Shown: positions 51,396 through 64,000 of the stretch, piece by piece
Layout of the letters: every line of letters begins with the position of its first letter
How positions within the stretch are numbered: position 1 is the stretch's first letter
Assembly: GCA_965113315.1 (NCBI GenBank)
Contig: OZ220368.1
Length of the DNA: 64,000 nt
Source: Podarcis vaucheri
Lineage: Eukaryota
Reading direction: 5' to 3' (one strand)
Notes under the pieces: generated by a model
The model's input: only the letters and a program-made list of their open reading frames with translations
The model's database searches: none
Told to the model about the DNA's origin: nothing
Made by a program: the position numbers and the translations under genes

Positions 51396-51760
51396 AGCCG
51401 CTCCTGCCTCTGGCTAAACAGGAAGCGCCCCTCCTCTCAGGCGCTTTGAACGGAACGTCTCCCGGGCTGCTCCGCAGCGACGCCAGCTGGCCCGGCCGCG
51501 CGCACAGCCAGCCGCCTCCTGATTGGTGGGGAGAGGAGTACGCGCCTGCCTCTTCCCGCTTCCCCCACTCCCCAGGAGCTGATGGGAAACGTAGTCTTTG
51601 GCCGTAAACTGCGGGCAGCTTTACTCGCAGAAAGGGATGCGTGTGTGTGAAGCACGTAAGAAGCGGAGAGGCGAAGCTGTCATCTCCTTCTCCCTTCAGT
51701 CAAAGCCAGGACTTCCGGTATTTTGTGCGACGCTTTCCTCAGACACAAAGGCACGTGAGG
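50930..51760 (-). promoter_or_regulatory. CpG island / promoter of TRPC4AP
   Basis: Abrupt GC- and CpG-rich stretch around exon 1. CCAAT box (ATTGG 51522-51526), ACTACGTTTCCCA on - at 51583-51595 (ACTAYRnnnCCCR, THAP11/ZNF143-type), ETS core ACTTCCGG 51711-51718, E-box CACGTG 51752-51757. No TATA evident. Confidence 0.85.
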
Positions 51761-53181
51761 TTCTTTTTAAATGCCCCCCCCATTTTGCTTTGTTAGATAG
51801 CTACATGTAAAGCCTTTCTTCAATTAAGCTATAGTTGTGCACGAAATATTACTAACAACTACTTTTTTATAATCGGCATCAGCATATTATGTGCATATAT
51901 AATATAATAAGGTAATAATTACAGTATCACTACTAATAATTAGTAATAATTATATTACTACTGCATGTTAGAATATCTGAAGCACTTCACGTGCATTTTC
52001 TAAGCAACCCTGTGAACACAAAAGTTTCGGGACGCTATATCGGCCCACAAGAAAGATTCTATAATCCATAGTAGCACAATACCTTAATCAGGCCAACCAA
52101 CTTGGAACAAAGTAGCGTACAAGCTTTCAAGTTCCTCTCCATAAGTTCAACAGGGTAAATAGTAAAACGAACCTGGGAGGTTGGCCAAGGTGAAATCACA
52201 GGGTTTTGTCCTTAAATGGGACATGAGAATATATAAGTGGAAAGAAAAAGTAAATGCAAGTCGCTTCTATGCAATTATGCTGACCCATAATCACAAAATG
52301 GGAGCTTTTCTGCTCCTTTCAGACAAACTGTCTGTTTAAAATCTGGCAGAAATCCTAGAAATTGCCAACATGAATCTTATACCAGTCCCATCTCTACGTG
52401 TTCCAGGATTTACAGCCTTCCTACAAGCTCACTTATCGTCATTTATTATTTATAAAAAGTACCCCATATGTATAGCATATAAAAATAGAAACACAAGTCT
52501 CTGCCTGCAAGAGGTTCCTTCCCCTTTTCTTTTTGCTTGCTTCATTTATTTTTCAGTTTTGCTGTTGCCACACTGGGGAACAAAGGTTGACTTCTTGTTA
52601 CTTGCAAGCCAACACTCATGGTTTGCTTTTCTCTAAACAAAGAAAAGCAATGCATCTTAAAATGGAAGCTGCATTATATACCCTTAAATCCCCTTTTAAA
52701 AAACCCTGCTTTATACAAAAAGTACTCCCAGCTATAGAGTAAGATAGATGTCTTTGCCAGAACAACCACATACAAATCAGAAGCCACCATCGTGTCCCAA
52801 TTGGAAAGCCCCAAGACTACAAATAATCACCCTTCTCTTTAATGTCCATGATAGAAATGTGTGAATCCATCTATTCTCACAGCTATCAACTTAACATATA
52901 TACAGGATGTCAGAATTCAAAGCACTCAGCATAATTATCTCAGCAATCTTTATGACAACTCTGTAGGTTAGTACTGTATGTTATCTCCACCTTGCAGACA
53001 GCAGGCAAAGTGTGATTGCACAGCTGTTTGACTAAGGGCTATGTAGGAAACTCTTGGCAAGAGTGAAATCTGAATTGGGTACTTTGCAGGACAGAGCTAC
53101 GACAGTACACCGTATCTGCAAGATCCACCCTGTCACCATGCTGTAAACAAACATCTTGTTGACTACAGACCAAGACAACAT

Positions 53182-53187
53182 TTTATT
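53182..53187 (-). terminator. Candidate EDEM2 polyadenylation signal
   Basis: TTTATT on + (AATAAA on -), about 550 nt past the stop codon. Confidence 0.45.
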
Positions 53188-53735
53188 GGCACAGTGTGTG
53201 GCAAGTTTTCAAACTATACCTTATTTAGGTGCAGCTGTTTAAGTTGTACATTACTTGAACGAGTCTCATCCAGGTAATGGTGTTGCATCCAGGCACCCAC
53301 AACCTGAGCATGTAACCTATTTTTGTATTCTAAACACATTTGCCTAAAGATTATGCAGTTCAAAAACTTGCTTGCCATATTTCTTTTTGCATGAGGCCAA
53401 CATGACTATTTAATATCAGATCAAACTTGCCATGCTGCCTGTGGTTAAAGAGTAAGAACACTCTCTGAAAGAGAGATAGATAGAGAAAAATTAACAAACA
53501 AGGCATGCAGGGGGCTGGCACAATCTGGGAACTAAAGCTATACTGTCATACAATTGCTTTTTGTTGTTCTCAAAATACTTCTGCTTTCCAAAGTGGATGT
53601 ATGCCAAAACACAATTTACTCCTGTTTGAAGATATGTCCCTAAGGATAGATATCCCTCTAAGGAAACAGCAACAGAAAAGTGCAAATAAAATACATATTT
53701 ATTGAATTCAACAACTCTGAATCAGAGCAAAGGAA

Positions 53736-56700
53736 TCAAGTATTGTCTAAGAAGACCTGCCCTAGAACAGCCAGTTTGGAGTTAAAAGGTTGGCTAGGGC
53801 AGCTCAGGAGTGGGATTTTCCTTTTCTCTTTCTGTTTAGTGTTCATTTGCTCTTTGCGGCCTTCTGAAGAAGTATCTGCAGAGTCTTTGTGCGTCTCTGC
53901 TTCTTTTCCAGCAGAAGTTCTTGTCAAAGTGAACTTCTTGCTTCTTTTCAGAGAATAGAACTCTCTCACTAGATCTTCTACCTCCCACTGCTCTTCCTTT
54001 TGTTTCCTGCAACAGTGCAGTGCAGCAGGGTCTATAGGATGAGCTTCAGTATTGAAGATGTATCCACCAGCACCAAGAACACATTCTCCATAGGGTGTCA
54101 GTACGACGTCAAAGGATGACCCATTGTTATGGATGAAGTTGTCAGGATCAAACAGTAGATACAAATATTTCACTGTTTCAGCCAGGAAGAAGGACTCCAT
54201 GCGGTTATCTAGTTTGTGATCTCGCAGGTCTTTGATCTTTAAAAGAAATGGAGGGGAAAGTGGTTACACTGAATATGCTGAAACAATTGTTTCAGCAACA
54301 TTCTGGAGAAATATACAGTGGCATGAATCAGGAGTTCAAGTCTACTGTTGAAATAAGCAGAACTTAGAATCAGTACCATATTTGTGCCACAGAATAAAAC
54401 ACACACACACACACCAACCAAGACGACACATTCTGTTAGGTTAACTTTTGTTAGTGAGAAAAGGATGCTTGAGAGGGACACTCTAGCCCATTACTAAAAA
54501 GGAAGGGGCAGGGGAAGAGAGTTCAGGAGAAATACTTAACTGTTGCAAAGCCACACTCAACCTTGCTAATTTTTTCTATTGACTCTATAACATCTCTGCC
54601 CAGTTCCAAAAGGGTGGGATCTTGGGTAGCACGATATAGGTACATTGCACTCTCTATCAGTTCTGCAAAAATACAAAAAAGAAAAAGCTTGGGTGGAAAT
54701 CAAGGTTGCACTATTGCAAATATTCTGTATGCACAAGATTATCAGCTTTCCAGATGGAATCATCTCCCCTCCCCCGTGCTGTACTTGGGGGGTTCTCTTC
54801 AACCCCCGAGCCAATTTCAGGAGGCACATGAAGGAGAGAGGGGAAGCCCCACTGCACAGGGTTTCAACTGATGAGGTGAATCCCACCCCTTAAGTTACAT
54901 CATTGCATACACATGCATTTATTCATTACACAGCAAACACCTGCACAGTTTCCCAAAGATTCAGAACACACAATAGTTCAAAGCAGAGGTCATCTATTAT
55001 TGAATGAGGGACAAAATAATCAGTTTTCCTTAAAACTCCCCCCATCATGCCATGTAGTTTGGAACTCATTTTATTCTGTATTAAGAGGTAGCTTGCTGTT
55101 CAAAGCTGCTGCCTTAGGCAACACCAGAGAACAATATGCATTTGGAACCCTATTTTTAACAGAAAGAGGTTCAGGAGCCACTTAGACTGAAATGTTAATG
55201 ATCTATAGATCCAAGCAACTTGGAGATCATCCAAAAGGAAGCCACAAGGTACAAGCTAAAGTCTTAAACAATCTAGTTTAACAATCTAGCCCTTAACAAT
55301 TTGGGTCCAGGGTACCTGCCTAATCCTTTGTATCTCTTCTTAATTACTGAGGTCTTTGGGGGAGTTACTGTTAGTGGTCCCCCGTGGCTTGAATACATGG
55401 CTTATATTCACCAGGAGCCGTTGTGTTTAGAGCCAGTGTGGTGTAGTGGTTAAGAGCGGTAGTCATGTAATCTGGGTAACTGGGTTCGCGTCTCTGCTCC
55501 TCCACATGCAGCTGCTGGGTGACCTTGGGCCAGTCACACTTCTTTGAAGACTCTCAGCCCAACTCACCTCACAGAGTGTTTGTTGTGGGGGAGGAAGGGA
55601 AAGGAGATTGTTAGCCGCTTTGAGACTCCTGAAGGGGAGTGAAAAGCGGGATATCAAATCCGAACTCTTCTTCTTCTTCTTCTATTGTGGGCCCAATTTT
55701 ATGGCACTTGCTTCCAGATGACATAATGGAATCATAGAATTGGAAGGGGTCCTGAGAGTCATCTCCAACCACCTGCGAGGCAGGAATCTTAACACACAGT
55801 CTCCTCATCTGCTTTGAAACCATGCTTAGTTTTGCAAAAGCGCTAGCAGTTTTATTGCTGCACCCGTAGGAGGAATGTCACGAAGACTCCCTCCTTGCTG
55901 AACTTCCAGCGCCTACTGAAGACATTTATTTATTGTTGTTCCAGCAGGCATTTTAATTGGATTTTGATTTTATGGTTCTAACCAATATTTACTTTCAGTA
56001 TTTCATCCTTGTAAACTGCTTGGAGATTGCTGTAGTTAAGCAGTATATAAATTATTTTATTTAAACATACACCTGCAGTATTTATATGCCTTGTAAACAA
56101 CAAATGAAAGATGTCACATACAAAATACTTATTTCTCATTTACCAGGTCTAAGTGGATACCCTTCACGCTTTTCCACTGTATAACCCTGGGGAATATTGT
56201 AGAACTCAGGCAACCCACCAAACTGCTTCCAAACAGTGTAATAATTGAGGAATGTTCGCATTGCACTATCTATGTCTCCAATGAGGCTCTGGGTGGAAGA
56301 ACAAAACCAGAAAAAACCCAGTGAGGTAACAGAAAGAATAGAGCATAGCAGACATAATCAAACCAAGCACAGTGTACAACTAGAACCCTCAAATAGTACT
56401 TAATCTGCTTTAAAAAAAGGAAAGGGGGGGGGGGAGAACCGTAATAGCACAATCAACTATGTACTGAAATGGTGTCTGTAAGATGACTTGGGATATAAAA
56501 TAACCATAGGACGGACACCTCAGTGGCAACCAGGTGGTTTTTTTTAAGTCTGGAAAGAAATCTACTAGAAATAACATGTTCAAGTTTAATAGGGCTACTC
56601 TGTTTTAGGAAATCGTTCATTTTCATTCCTGGATACTAAAACAGCCCTTGTCAGATTCTCAGCGGAATTTCAGTTTACACGGGATCAGAGAGACAACGAA

Positions 56701-59700
56701 AAGTGGATTATTGCTAACTGTTTTCTTGGCAAGAAAAAGCCACAGCTGGTTTTCTCAGTGCAGATATTAGTCCTCATCTGCTTTAACACTTCTGATTTAA
56801 GTACAGGATTATCCAACACAGGCAAAAAGACTGGATTCATGTTATACTGCATTGGAAGCCTACTCTGATGCAGGTTCTCAGTTTTAATAATAATAATAAT
56901 AATATTTTTTTATTTATACCCCGCCCTCCCCAGCCAAGGCCGGGCTCAGAGCGGCTTACAAGCAATAATAAAAACAAGATGAGTGATTACAACTTAAAAA
57001 CAAAAATAAAATACAACATTAAAATAATGGAACATTAAAATATTAAAATGAAGCCTCATTGCAGGAGAAGGAAAAGAAAAAAGAAAAAGGGGGGGCGGAG
57101 GGAATCAAATTGGCTCCAATCCAAAGGCCAGGCGGAACAACTCTGTCTTACAGGCCCTGTGGAAAGAAATCAGATCCTGCAGGGCCCTGGTCTCATGAGG
57201 CAGAGTGTTCCACCAAGTTGGGGCCAGTGCTGAAAAGGCCCTGGCTCTTGTAACACAGCCGCTGCCACTCCGCCAGGCCTTGCTCGCGAGGCAGCCTAAG
57301 CGCGACCAGACGTAGAAATGGAATTACAAAGAACACAAGCAATTAAAAGAGGGGTGGAACCTGTGGCCACCAAGTATTGCTTGACCACAGCTTCCAACAA
57401 CATATGAAGAGCCACAAGTTCTTTAGCGATCCCTGAGTTAAAACACTGCTGTCCTTCATCAGCCCTTACCTGCAAGCCAGGCCAGTAGGCTTCAAGGGAC
57501 TGAAAAACAGGCATTGAGACTGTTCCTTTATACATCTGAACCCAGAGGTACCAATCATCAAATTTTGTGTAGTTGCTTATAGCTTTGTTGTAGTCTATAG
57601 AAAGACAAGTCAAAATGAACGATAAACATTGGAAGAAGAATTTCAGAGCTCCTGAAAATGAACTGGCTTTCATATATTCTATTTGCATATATTTCAAAGA
57701 ACACATTTATGATCAGAATTTCCTTTTATGCTTAACAATGTTAAAGGGATGACAATACGCAAATATTTTAAAAAGGAACTTTGCTTGCAACACATGAGCT
57801 TATACAGAGCAGTTACTGTTAAAAGGGGGGAAAGAGAAAAAAATGGCACATGAGTTATCATTAAAACAGGGGCAAGGAGCCTCCGGGGCCATGGCCTGGA
57901 CATGCGTCCTAATTTGGCCTGGCACCTGTTCCAATTTGGCTGCAAGACAGTTTCCCCAAACCATGTGCACCTTCCCCAAACCTGACAGAGGCAGACAGAG
58001 ACAGGGCTGCCGATGCATAATCAGAAGCTTTAAAGTGTGATTCTCCCGATTGTGCTCATCACCCCTCAACAAGACCATCACATGTCACTGCCTTAGACTG
58101 AGTCAGATCCTTTGCCCATCTAGCTCAGTTTTGTCCACACTGACTATAAGCAGCCCTCTAGGGCTGCAGAGAAGAGAGATTCCCAAACCCTGGGACCTCT
58201 TGCATGCAAAGCAGATGTTATATCCCTGAGCTACAGCCCTTCTCTAATGTGATGAAGGAAGGAAGACAATGAGCATTGTCCACCATGGCTGGCAATGCCT
58301 CTCCGAGATGGCAGGTGGAGGTATTTCCTGACCCTACCTGGTGATGCCAGGGATGGAACCAGGGACCTTTGGCATGCAAAGAAGATGCCCTGCCACTGAG
58401 CTATGGCCCTTTCTGAACTCACCTAGAAACATTGACATCAGCTCCTCATCCTGTAGTAGGATGGCTCCTTTAACAAGATACTCAAAATAGGAATCTACTC
58501 CGGCTCCAATGCCAGCATCCTGGGCTACCCATTTGGCAGTTACCACATCAACATGATTACCCACCTGAAGAAAGAAAAAAAGCCTCATTTATTAAAAGCT
58601 ATAGATTGGGATTAGCATAGGTTTACATTTCTATACATTTCAGCAAACAATAGATCCTTGGTTTGTTATCTGTACAAGTTTCCAAAAAGCACAAGGATGT
58701 AACAAAAAATCTTAATTTCTGCAGCCCTTCTAACATGTATTTAGTACCAACAATGTGTGCTACTGTACAAATTCTTTGTTATAAAAACCTATGGGTGGTA
58801 GTAAACTAATTTTTACTCAGAATAGGCCCATTGAAATTAATGGACATAAGGTAGCCATGTTCGTTAACTTAAATGAGTCTACTCTGATTAGGAGAACTAA
58901 CACAGGACCAGGCATCTTTAACATGTGACATTAATGATTCATTAACACAGCCTTTTAAACCAGAATGTTTATCATGGCATCAACTGTTTTGATCTTTATT
59001 TAAAATCCCAGTTGCATTTTGGTTTCAAGTTCTTGGATTTGCCCAAGAACATACTATATGCCTAGAACGTAACTGAATACACTGGATTTCCCCCAGAGTG
59101 AATTTCATTTCCACATTAAATCCTGTGACAGACACTTTGTGGATCATACCAGTTTTCAGTGAAAACAAGGACCAATGGCTAATGGGTGGTGGATGGCAGT
59201 GGGAGGGTCTGAAGGCACATGAGGCCACCACCTTGCTGAACTTAAGCAGGTCTGAGTCTGGTCAGTGTCTGGATGGGTCATGTATACTCTCTTGAGTTCC
59301 ATGACAGAAGAGATTCATTTAAGATGATGATGACGATGTGAAATGACCAATGAGGAAATTCCTGAACTGATTTGTATACGTGAGAAAATGTAAGAGCAAA
59401 TCTTTTTTAAAAAAGATTTGTAAGAATGTGGAGGTAGGAAGTGACTGGGAGCAAGCAATGCAGGTTTCTACAAGTATTGTAGCTTCAACAAGTCATCTTC
59501 TAATATGATCGTCCATTGTATTCATGCAAAAAAGCTCAAGGTAACTGGACCACAATTTATTGAAAAATAGCGATGCTCATCCTTGATGTAGACAAACAAC
59601 AGAGGTTTGGGAGTAGAATTCAGCTTATACCAGCCTGTGTATGTTTATGGTACATGGTGGACCTGGTACTGTTATATTCTTGCAATCAATTTGTTTCAGT

Positions 59701-62700
59701 GGCAGCGTTTTAAAAGAATTCAACCATACTTTCAATAGAAATCAAACTATGTAGCTGGAAAGTGTGACATGAGGTTTTTCCACTCACCAAGCCAATGTCA
59801 GAACGATTTTTCCAGAGGGTCTTAAGAGCCTTTCTGGCAACATCCTCAAATATTGGGTCACCTGTAAGATGACTTAACGTAGCAAATTCCACTATAAATG
59901 TACCAATTCCAGCAGTACAAGTAATTGGTGTCTCTCCAGGGTTTACTCCATGTAGTAAGTTCACTGTCCCATATGGCATTCCAGTTGGCGTCTGAAAGGC
60001 TTCAAAACAAAACTAGCATAACTGGGGGCCCAGTGTAGGTAATACAGTTCAAATTGTGGATTCTCCTCCCAAGGTTGGTTCCATAAATACTCCTGCCAAA
60101 TCTCCTATCAGGTGTGTTTCAAGTTTTAACAGCAAGTCATGTGACAGCCCAGCACAATCTAAACAGTGGGCAAACAAGTCAGGACAACTACTGGGAAGAC
60201 TGCCTAATTCAATGCATTCAATTCAATGCACGTAGGTTTGTCTGCCTCGTCACCTATAGCGCACAGCTCAATTTGAACAGCAGGTCCAGTAAGCAAGGTA
60301 TTTACCTGTAAGGAATTGTTACCAGCTCCTGGTGAGCAACCCTGATACACTGTCTAATCAAGCTCAACGGGCTTGGCAACTAATAGATTTTCTACGTTTA
60401 TGACAATAATTTAAAGATTTTCCAAAACATACAAACACAAGAACACAGCTGTATACTGAAGAACTACTTTGCTCAAAGAGGTTTCTGTTGTATAGATTGG
60501 GATTTATATTCCACTTTAACAGTAACTCATTCACAGGTGAACAAATGCGAATCCTAGTAACCACAAGTTAAAATGATCATCACTATTAGCTCAAGTGTGC
60601 AATGAATGCTTAGTGACAAATACATGTCATATACAGCACTGTAAGTGCCTTTCTACTTCCTCAAAGTAAACATTGCATTAGCTGCATTATTTCTCATCTT
60701 AGATATTTATCAGAGCCATCACATTATCCACTAGGTAAAGGTAAAGGGACCCCGACTGTTAGGTCCAGTAGTGGATGACTCTGGGGTCGTGGCACTCATC
60801 TCTCTTTACTGGCCGAGGGAGCCAGCGTACAGCTTCCGGGTCATGTGGCCAGCATGACTAAGCCGCTTCTGGTGAACCAGAGCAGTGCATGGAAACGCTG
60901 TTTGCCTTGCTGCCGGAGCGGTACCTATTTATCTACTTGCATTTTGACGTGCTTTCGAACTGCTAGGTTGGCAGAAGCAGGGACCGAGCAACAGGAGCTC
61001 ACCCCGTTATGGGGATTTGAACCGCCAACCTTCTGATCAGCAAGCCTTAATCTCTGTGGTTTAGACACAGCGCCACCCGCGTCCCACATTATCCACTTAG
61101 CCATAATACTATTTTTGCTGCTGTGGTATACTCATTGATAAAAAAAGCAGACACTTGAGTCCATTTTCATTACTTCAGATTTTAGCAACATTTGGCCCAG
61201 TATACATTAGGGCAGCCTTTCCCAACCGTGGGTCCCCAGATGTTGTTGGACTACAACTCCCATCATTCCTAGCTAGCAGGTCCAGTGGTCAAGGATGATG
61301 GGAACTGGGGTCCAGCAACATCTGGGGACCCAAGGTTGGAAAAGGTTACATTAGGAGCATAAATATTTATTTTCAACACACTTGAGATATCCAACTACAT
61401 CTCTTCTGCTCCTAGCAATTTGCAAGAATTTGTCCCCCTGCAGTTCCTGGTACCCATTACTTATAATCTAGTTTAGCCTATAAGGGAGCAACACAGAAAG
61501 GGAGGAAATGAATTCTCAGAGTCTGCAACAGTGCTCACCTGGCAAAAGTTTTCGAGCTGCATCCTCTGCCATCCTCAAGAGGGGCCCAGAGCAGGGCCAT
61601 CCTGCTTCCACTTCAACACCGGCCTTCTTTGACAATAAGTGAGCAGACAGGAGGCCGCCAACCACTGAAAAGGGGAATGCACAGCTTATTTAAAAAGCAA
61701 AGCAGTGCTGTCTCAATGGCAAAGGGTGAGTATGTTATTTTTCATTTGATTTGTATCTTGCTCTTCCTCCCAAAGGAGCCCACAGCAGCAGACATAGCAA
61801 TGATAAAACAAAACAAAAATCTAAAAACAGTTAAGAACATTATCTCAGCTAGTGATCTCACAGTCTCTTTCAGCCATCAAATGCCTCAGTAAACAGGAAT
61901 GTTTTTGAAGGCCACCAAGAACGGACAACTGAGGCCAGGCTACTCTGACCTTGGAACAGATGCAGCTGGTGAATCAGCCTATGCTAGGTATAAGCACTCC
62001 TAGCCACAGAAGCAATATGAGACTCCAGTGACAATCCAGTTGGGATCCGGGAATACTCCCAGACTACAAGCCTTTTCCTTAAGAGGGGAGTGCAACTCCT
62101 TCCAGAACTTGTTGTACACCAAATTCCTGGGCATGGGAACTACCCATCCACAGTACTTCTGTCTTATCTGGAAACAGTCTCAATTTATTGGCCCCCATCT
62201 AGTCTACTGCTGCCTCCAAACACCTGTCCAACACCTTCAGGGACTCCGATTTCTATGGAATGGAAGAAGAGAGCTGAGTACCGTGCTCCAAATCCCCAGA
62301 TAACAGCTCCCAACAATTTCCACATATATTTTAAATAGCTTAGGAGACAGAATGAACCCTTGTGGGACCCAACAGCCCAAAAGCTAAGCAGTAATCTCCT
62401 AGTAATATTTTATGCTAGTGATCCTGGAGGCAGCACTGGAACCACTATAATACAGTACTTCTAACTCCAACCTCCCTGAGTCGCTCCAGAAGAACACCAT
62501 GGTCAATGGTGTCAAGAGCCATTGAGAGATCAAGGAGAACCAGCAGAGTTGCATTCCTCCATCACTTTCCCAGTGGAGACTGTCAATCAGGGCGACAAGA
62601 GTGTTTCAGAGCCAAACCAGACTGGAATGGATCTAGAAAATCCACTTCCTCCAGGCATATCTACAGCCGACTAGCCACCATCCTTTTGATAACCATGCCC

Positions 62701-64000
62701 AGCCCCTTTATCTGCAATCATAGTAAATTTAAAAGGAGGAGCAAACAGACTAATTGGACAATCAATTCCTGGCTTAAGAAGTCAGTATATGCAGGAGCTA
62801 CTTGTGGGTGGCACTGAGTTCCTTTGAACAAGCCACGATTCAGCTTTTAACCAGAGATTTGTTTTATGTGCAAAGTCATAAGCTATGCTATGTGGGTTCC
62901 AAACCAGCCAGGAACTGGAAATCAAATTTAAACCATGGCCTCACATCCAGTCTTGTCTGACAGCCCATTAACCACAGTTTCCCGGTTCACACATAATGAG
63001 AAACTAGGGCCAAAAGCTGAATCTTGGCCTGTTATGCAGCTCACATGAAGGAGTTGCATGCGAGCACGCATGACACTTTCACATCCTGGCTTCTTAACCC
63101 AGGATTTGATTGTGCAAATTGGCCAATGTGAAGTGTGCAGAACTGATTTCCTTTTCAGTGGCTATAGAGGAGCCAGCCATTTGGTTAAACTTCTCAGGAG
63201 ACACACATGAATTGTTCTTATCCCAGCAACATCTTTTCCCTTGATCATTGCAAGGATATACTGTGTAGGTCATGAAATGTTCAACTTAGCTCCTTATTAA
63301 TGAATACAGAAAAGCATCAGAGCAAAAACTTGCACTAGAATCATCACAAAAATGTTAACAGCAGCCCGGCTGAATAAGACGAAAAGCCCATGTAGCTCAG
63401 GTCTCTATTTCTAACAGTTGCCAGCTGACTGCTTCCAGGACCGTTACAGGCAGGGGATAGAAAGCCATAGTTCTCTGTCTGATTTCTCTCTTTAATACAG
63501 AGGTGGGGAAGTGGGGACCCTCTAGAAGCTGCAACTCTCATCAGCCCCAGAGAGCAAGGCCAAAGGTCAGGAATAATGAGAACTGGCTTTCAACAATATC
63601 TGGTTAATCCACCCTTGTTCTAATCTGGTATTGTATTACCTCTGAACAGGGTATTTCTATAACTTTTATTTCCCTCTCCATTTTCCATTCTTCCAACCCC
63701 CAGTGCTTTTAATATAATGCTTGCCAATTTAGGATTACACTTTATACCTCTTATGGACTCTGCTCCGTGAAAAATTAAGCTATAATAAATTGTCAATCCT
63801 TAAAAGGCTGCTACAGCTGACTCTTTGTTGTTTTTGCTACAACTGGCTACACATGGCTACCCTTCCGAATCCTGTTACTATATTACACACCCATCTTTCC
63901 TCTGTGCTGCAACTCTAGACTAATTTGTTATGCAAAATACTTCCAAGACAGGGACCTTTTTGAGTTCCACTCACCTCTGATGTTGGTTTCAAAGACAGAA
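53736..64000 (-). CDS. EDEM2: ER degradation-enhancing alpha-mannosidase-like protein 2 (GH47), 5'-partial, last 8 exons
   Basis: Exons: 64000-63975 (partial, SVFETNIR), 61664-61539, 59999-59788, 58564-58423, 57594-57470, 56288-56144, 54662-54541, 54236-53736. GH47 motifs [57 protein letters not shown]; EDEM2-type tail [23 protein letters not shown]. Confidence 0.96.
55430..55683 (+). mobile_element. tRNA-derived squamate SINE (Squam3-like), second copy
   Basis: Highly similar to 10432-10679; clean (TTC)n tail. Confidence 0.8.
56886..57255 (-). mobile_element. L2 LINE 3' fragment
   Basis: (TAA)n then TTTATTTATACCCCGCCCT...GGCTCAGAGCGGCTTACA, the reverse of a typical L2 3' end. Confidence 0.7.
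58090..58412 (-). mobile_element. Two tandem tRNA-headed SINE remnants
   Basis: On -: GGGCCATAGCTCAGTGG...TTTGCATG...GGTCCCTGGTTCCATCCC (A/B boxes) starting about 10 nt inside the EDEM2 intron; a second degenerate head near 58170-58240. Confidence 0.6.
59200..59300 (+). mobile_element. 5S rRNA-derived SINE remnant
   Basis: AACTTAAGCAGGTCTGAGTCTGGTCAGTGTCTGGATGGG resembles the 5S internal control region (AAGCTAAGCAGGGTCGGGCCTGGTTAGTACTTGGATGGG). Confidence 0.5.
60733..61085 (-). mobile_element. Sauria SINE, full length
   Basis: Reverse complement of the family at 13728-14077. TSD ACATTATCCACT at 60721-60732 and 61086-61097. Confidence 0.9.
61212..61347. mobile_element. hAT-type MITE
   Basis: Palindromic GGTCCCCAGATGTTG / CAACATCTGGGGACC; flanking direct repeat ACATTAGG (61204-61211, 61348-61355). 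Confidence 0.7.
61730..62720 (-). mobile_element. Decayed L2 LINE with RT remnant
   Basis: Around 62497-62548 the - strand translates [17 protein letters not shown] (L2/CR1-group RT motif LLDLSAAFDTIDH). L2-like 3' end near 61735-61790. Confidence 0.7.

Noticed and set aside
50583-51449. Several overlapping 119-214 aa ORFs on both strands
   Set aside because: Stop-poor frames expected in a GC-rich CpG island; only 51395-51231 splices into a recognisable protein.
58330-58412. tRNA-like sequence
   Set aside because: Degenerate SINE head with broken stems and a SINE body attached; not a functional tRNA gene.
59200-59300. 5S rRNA-like sequence
   Set aside because: Only the internal control region is recognisable and it is diverged; better explained as a 5S-derived SINE remnant.

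Overview
Vertebrate genomic DNA, almost certainly from a squamate (the Sauria-type SINEs suggest a lacertid lizard; this is inference). It covers the conserved MYH7B-TRPC4AP-EDEM2 block. The window opens inside the intronic miR-499 hairpin (1-54). The 3' two-thirds of MYH7B follows on + (24 exons, 942-23752). TRPC4AP lies complete and convergent on - (19 exons, 51395-27766, 787 aa) with a CpG-island promoter, and the last 8 exons of EDEM2 lie on - (64000-53736). Exon boundaries were read by hand: all introns are GT-AG and frames join without stops. Introns carry many transposon remnants: SINEs, L1/L2/CR1/RTE-X-like LINE fragments, hAT and Tc1/mariner MITEs, and a probable solo LTR. I see no new gene system. 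The best leads are: (1) an 11-nt miR-499-5p site on the TRPC4AP strand downstream of its stop, suggesting the MYH7B-hosted miRNA may regulate its neighbour; (2) a retro-insertion whose 18-bp target-site duplication copies a MYH7B splice donor; (3) an alternative TRPC4AP acceptor whose frame depends on a T18 run; (4) a MITE family carrying the ACTACAnnTCCCA (THAP11/ZNF143-type) motif also seen in the TRPC4AP promoter.
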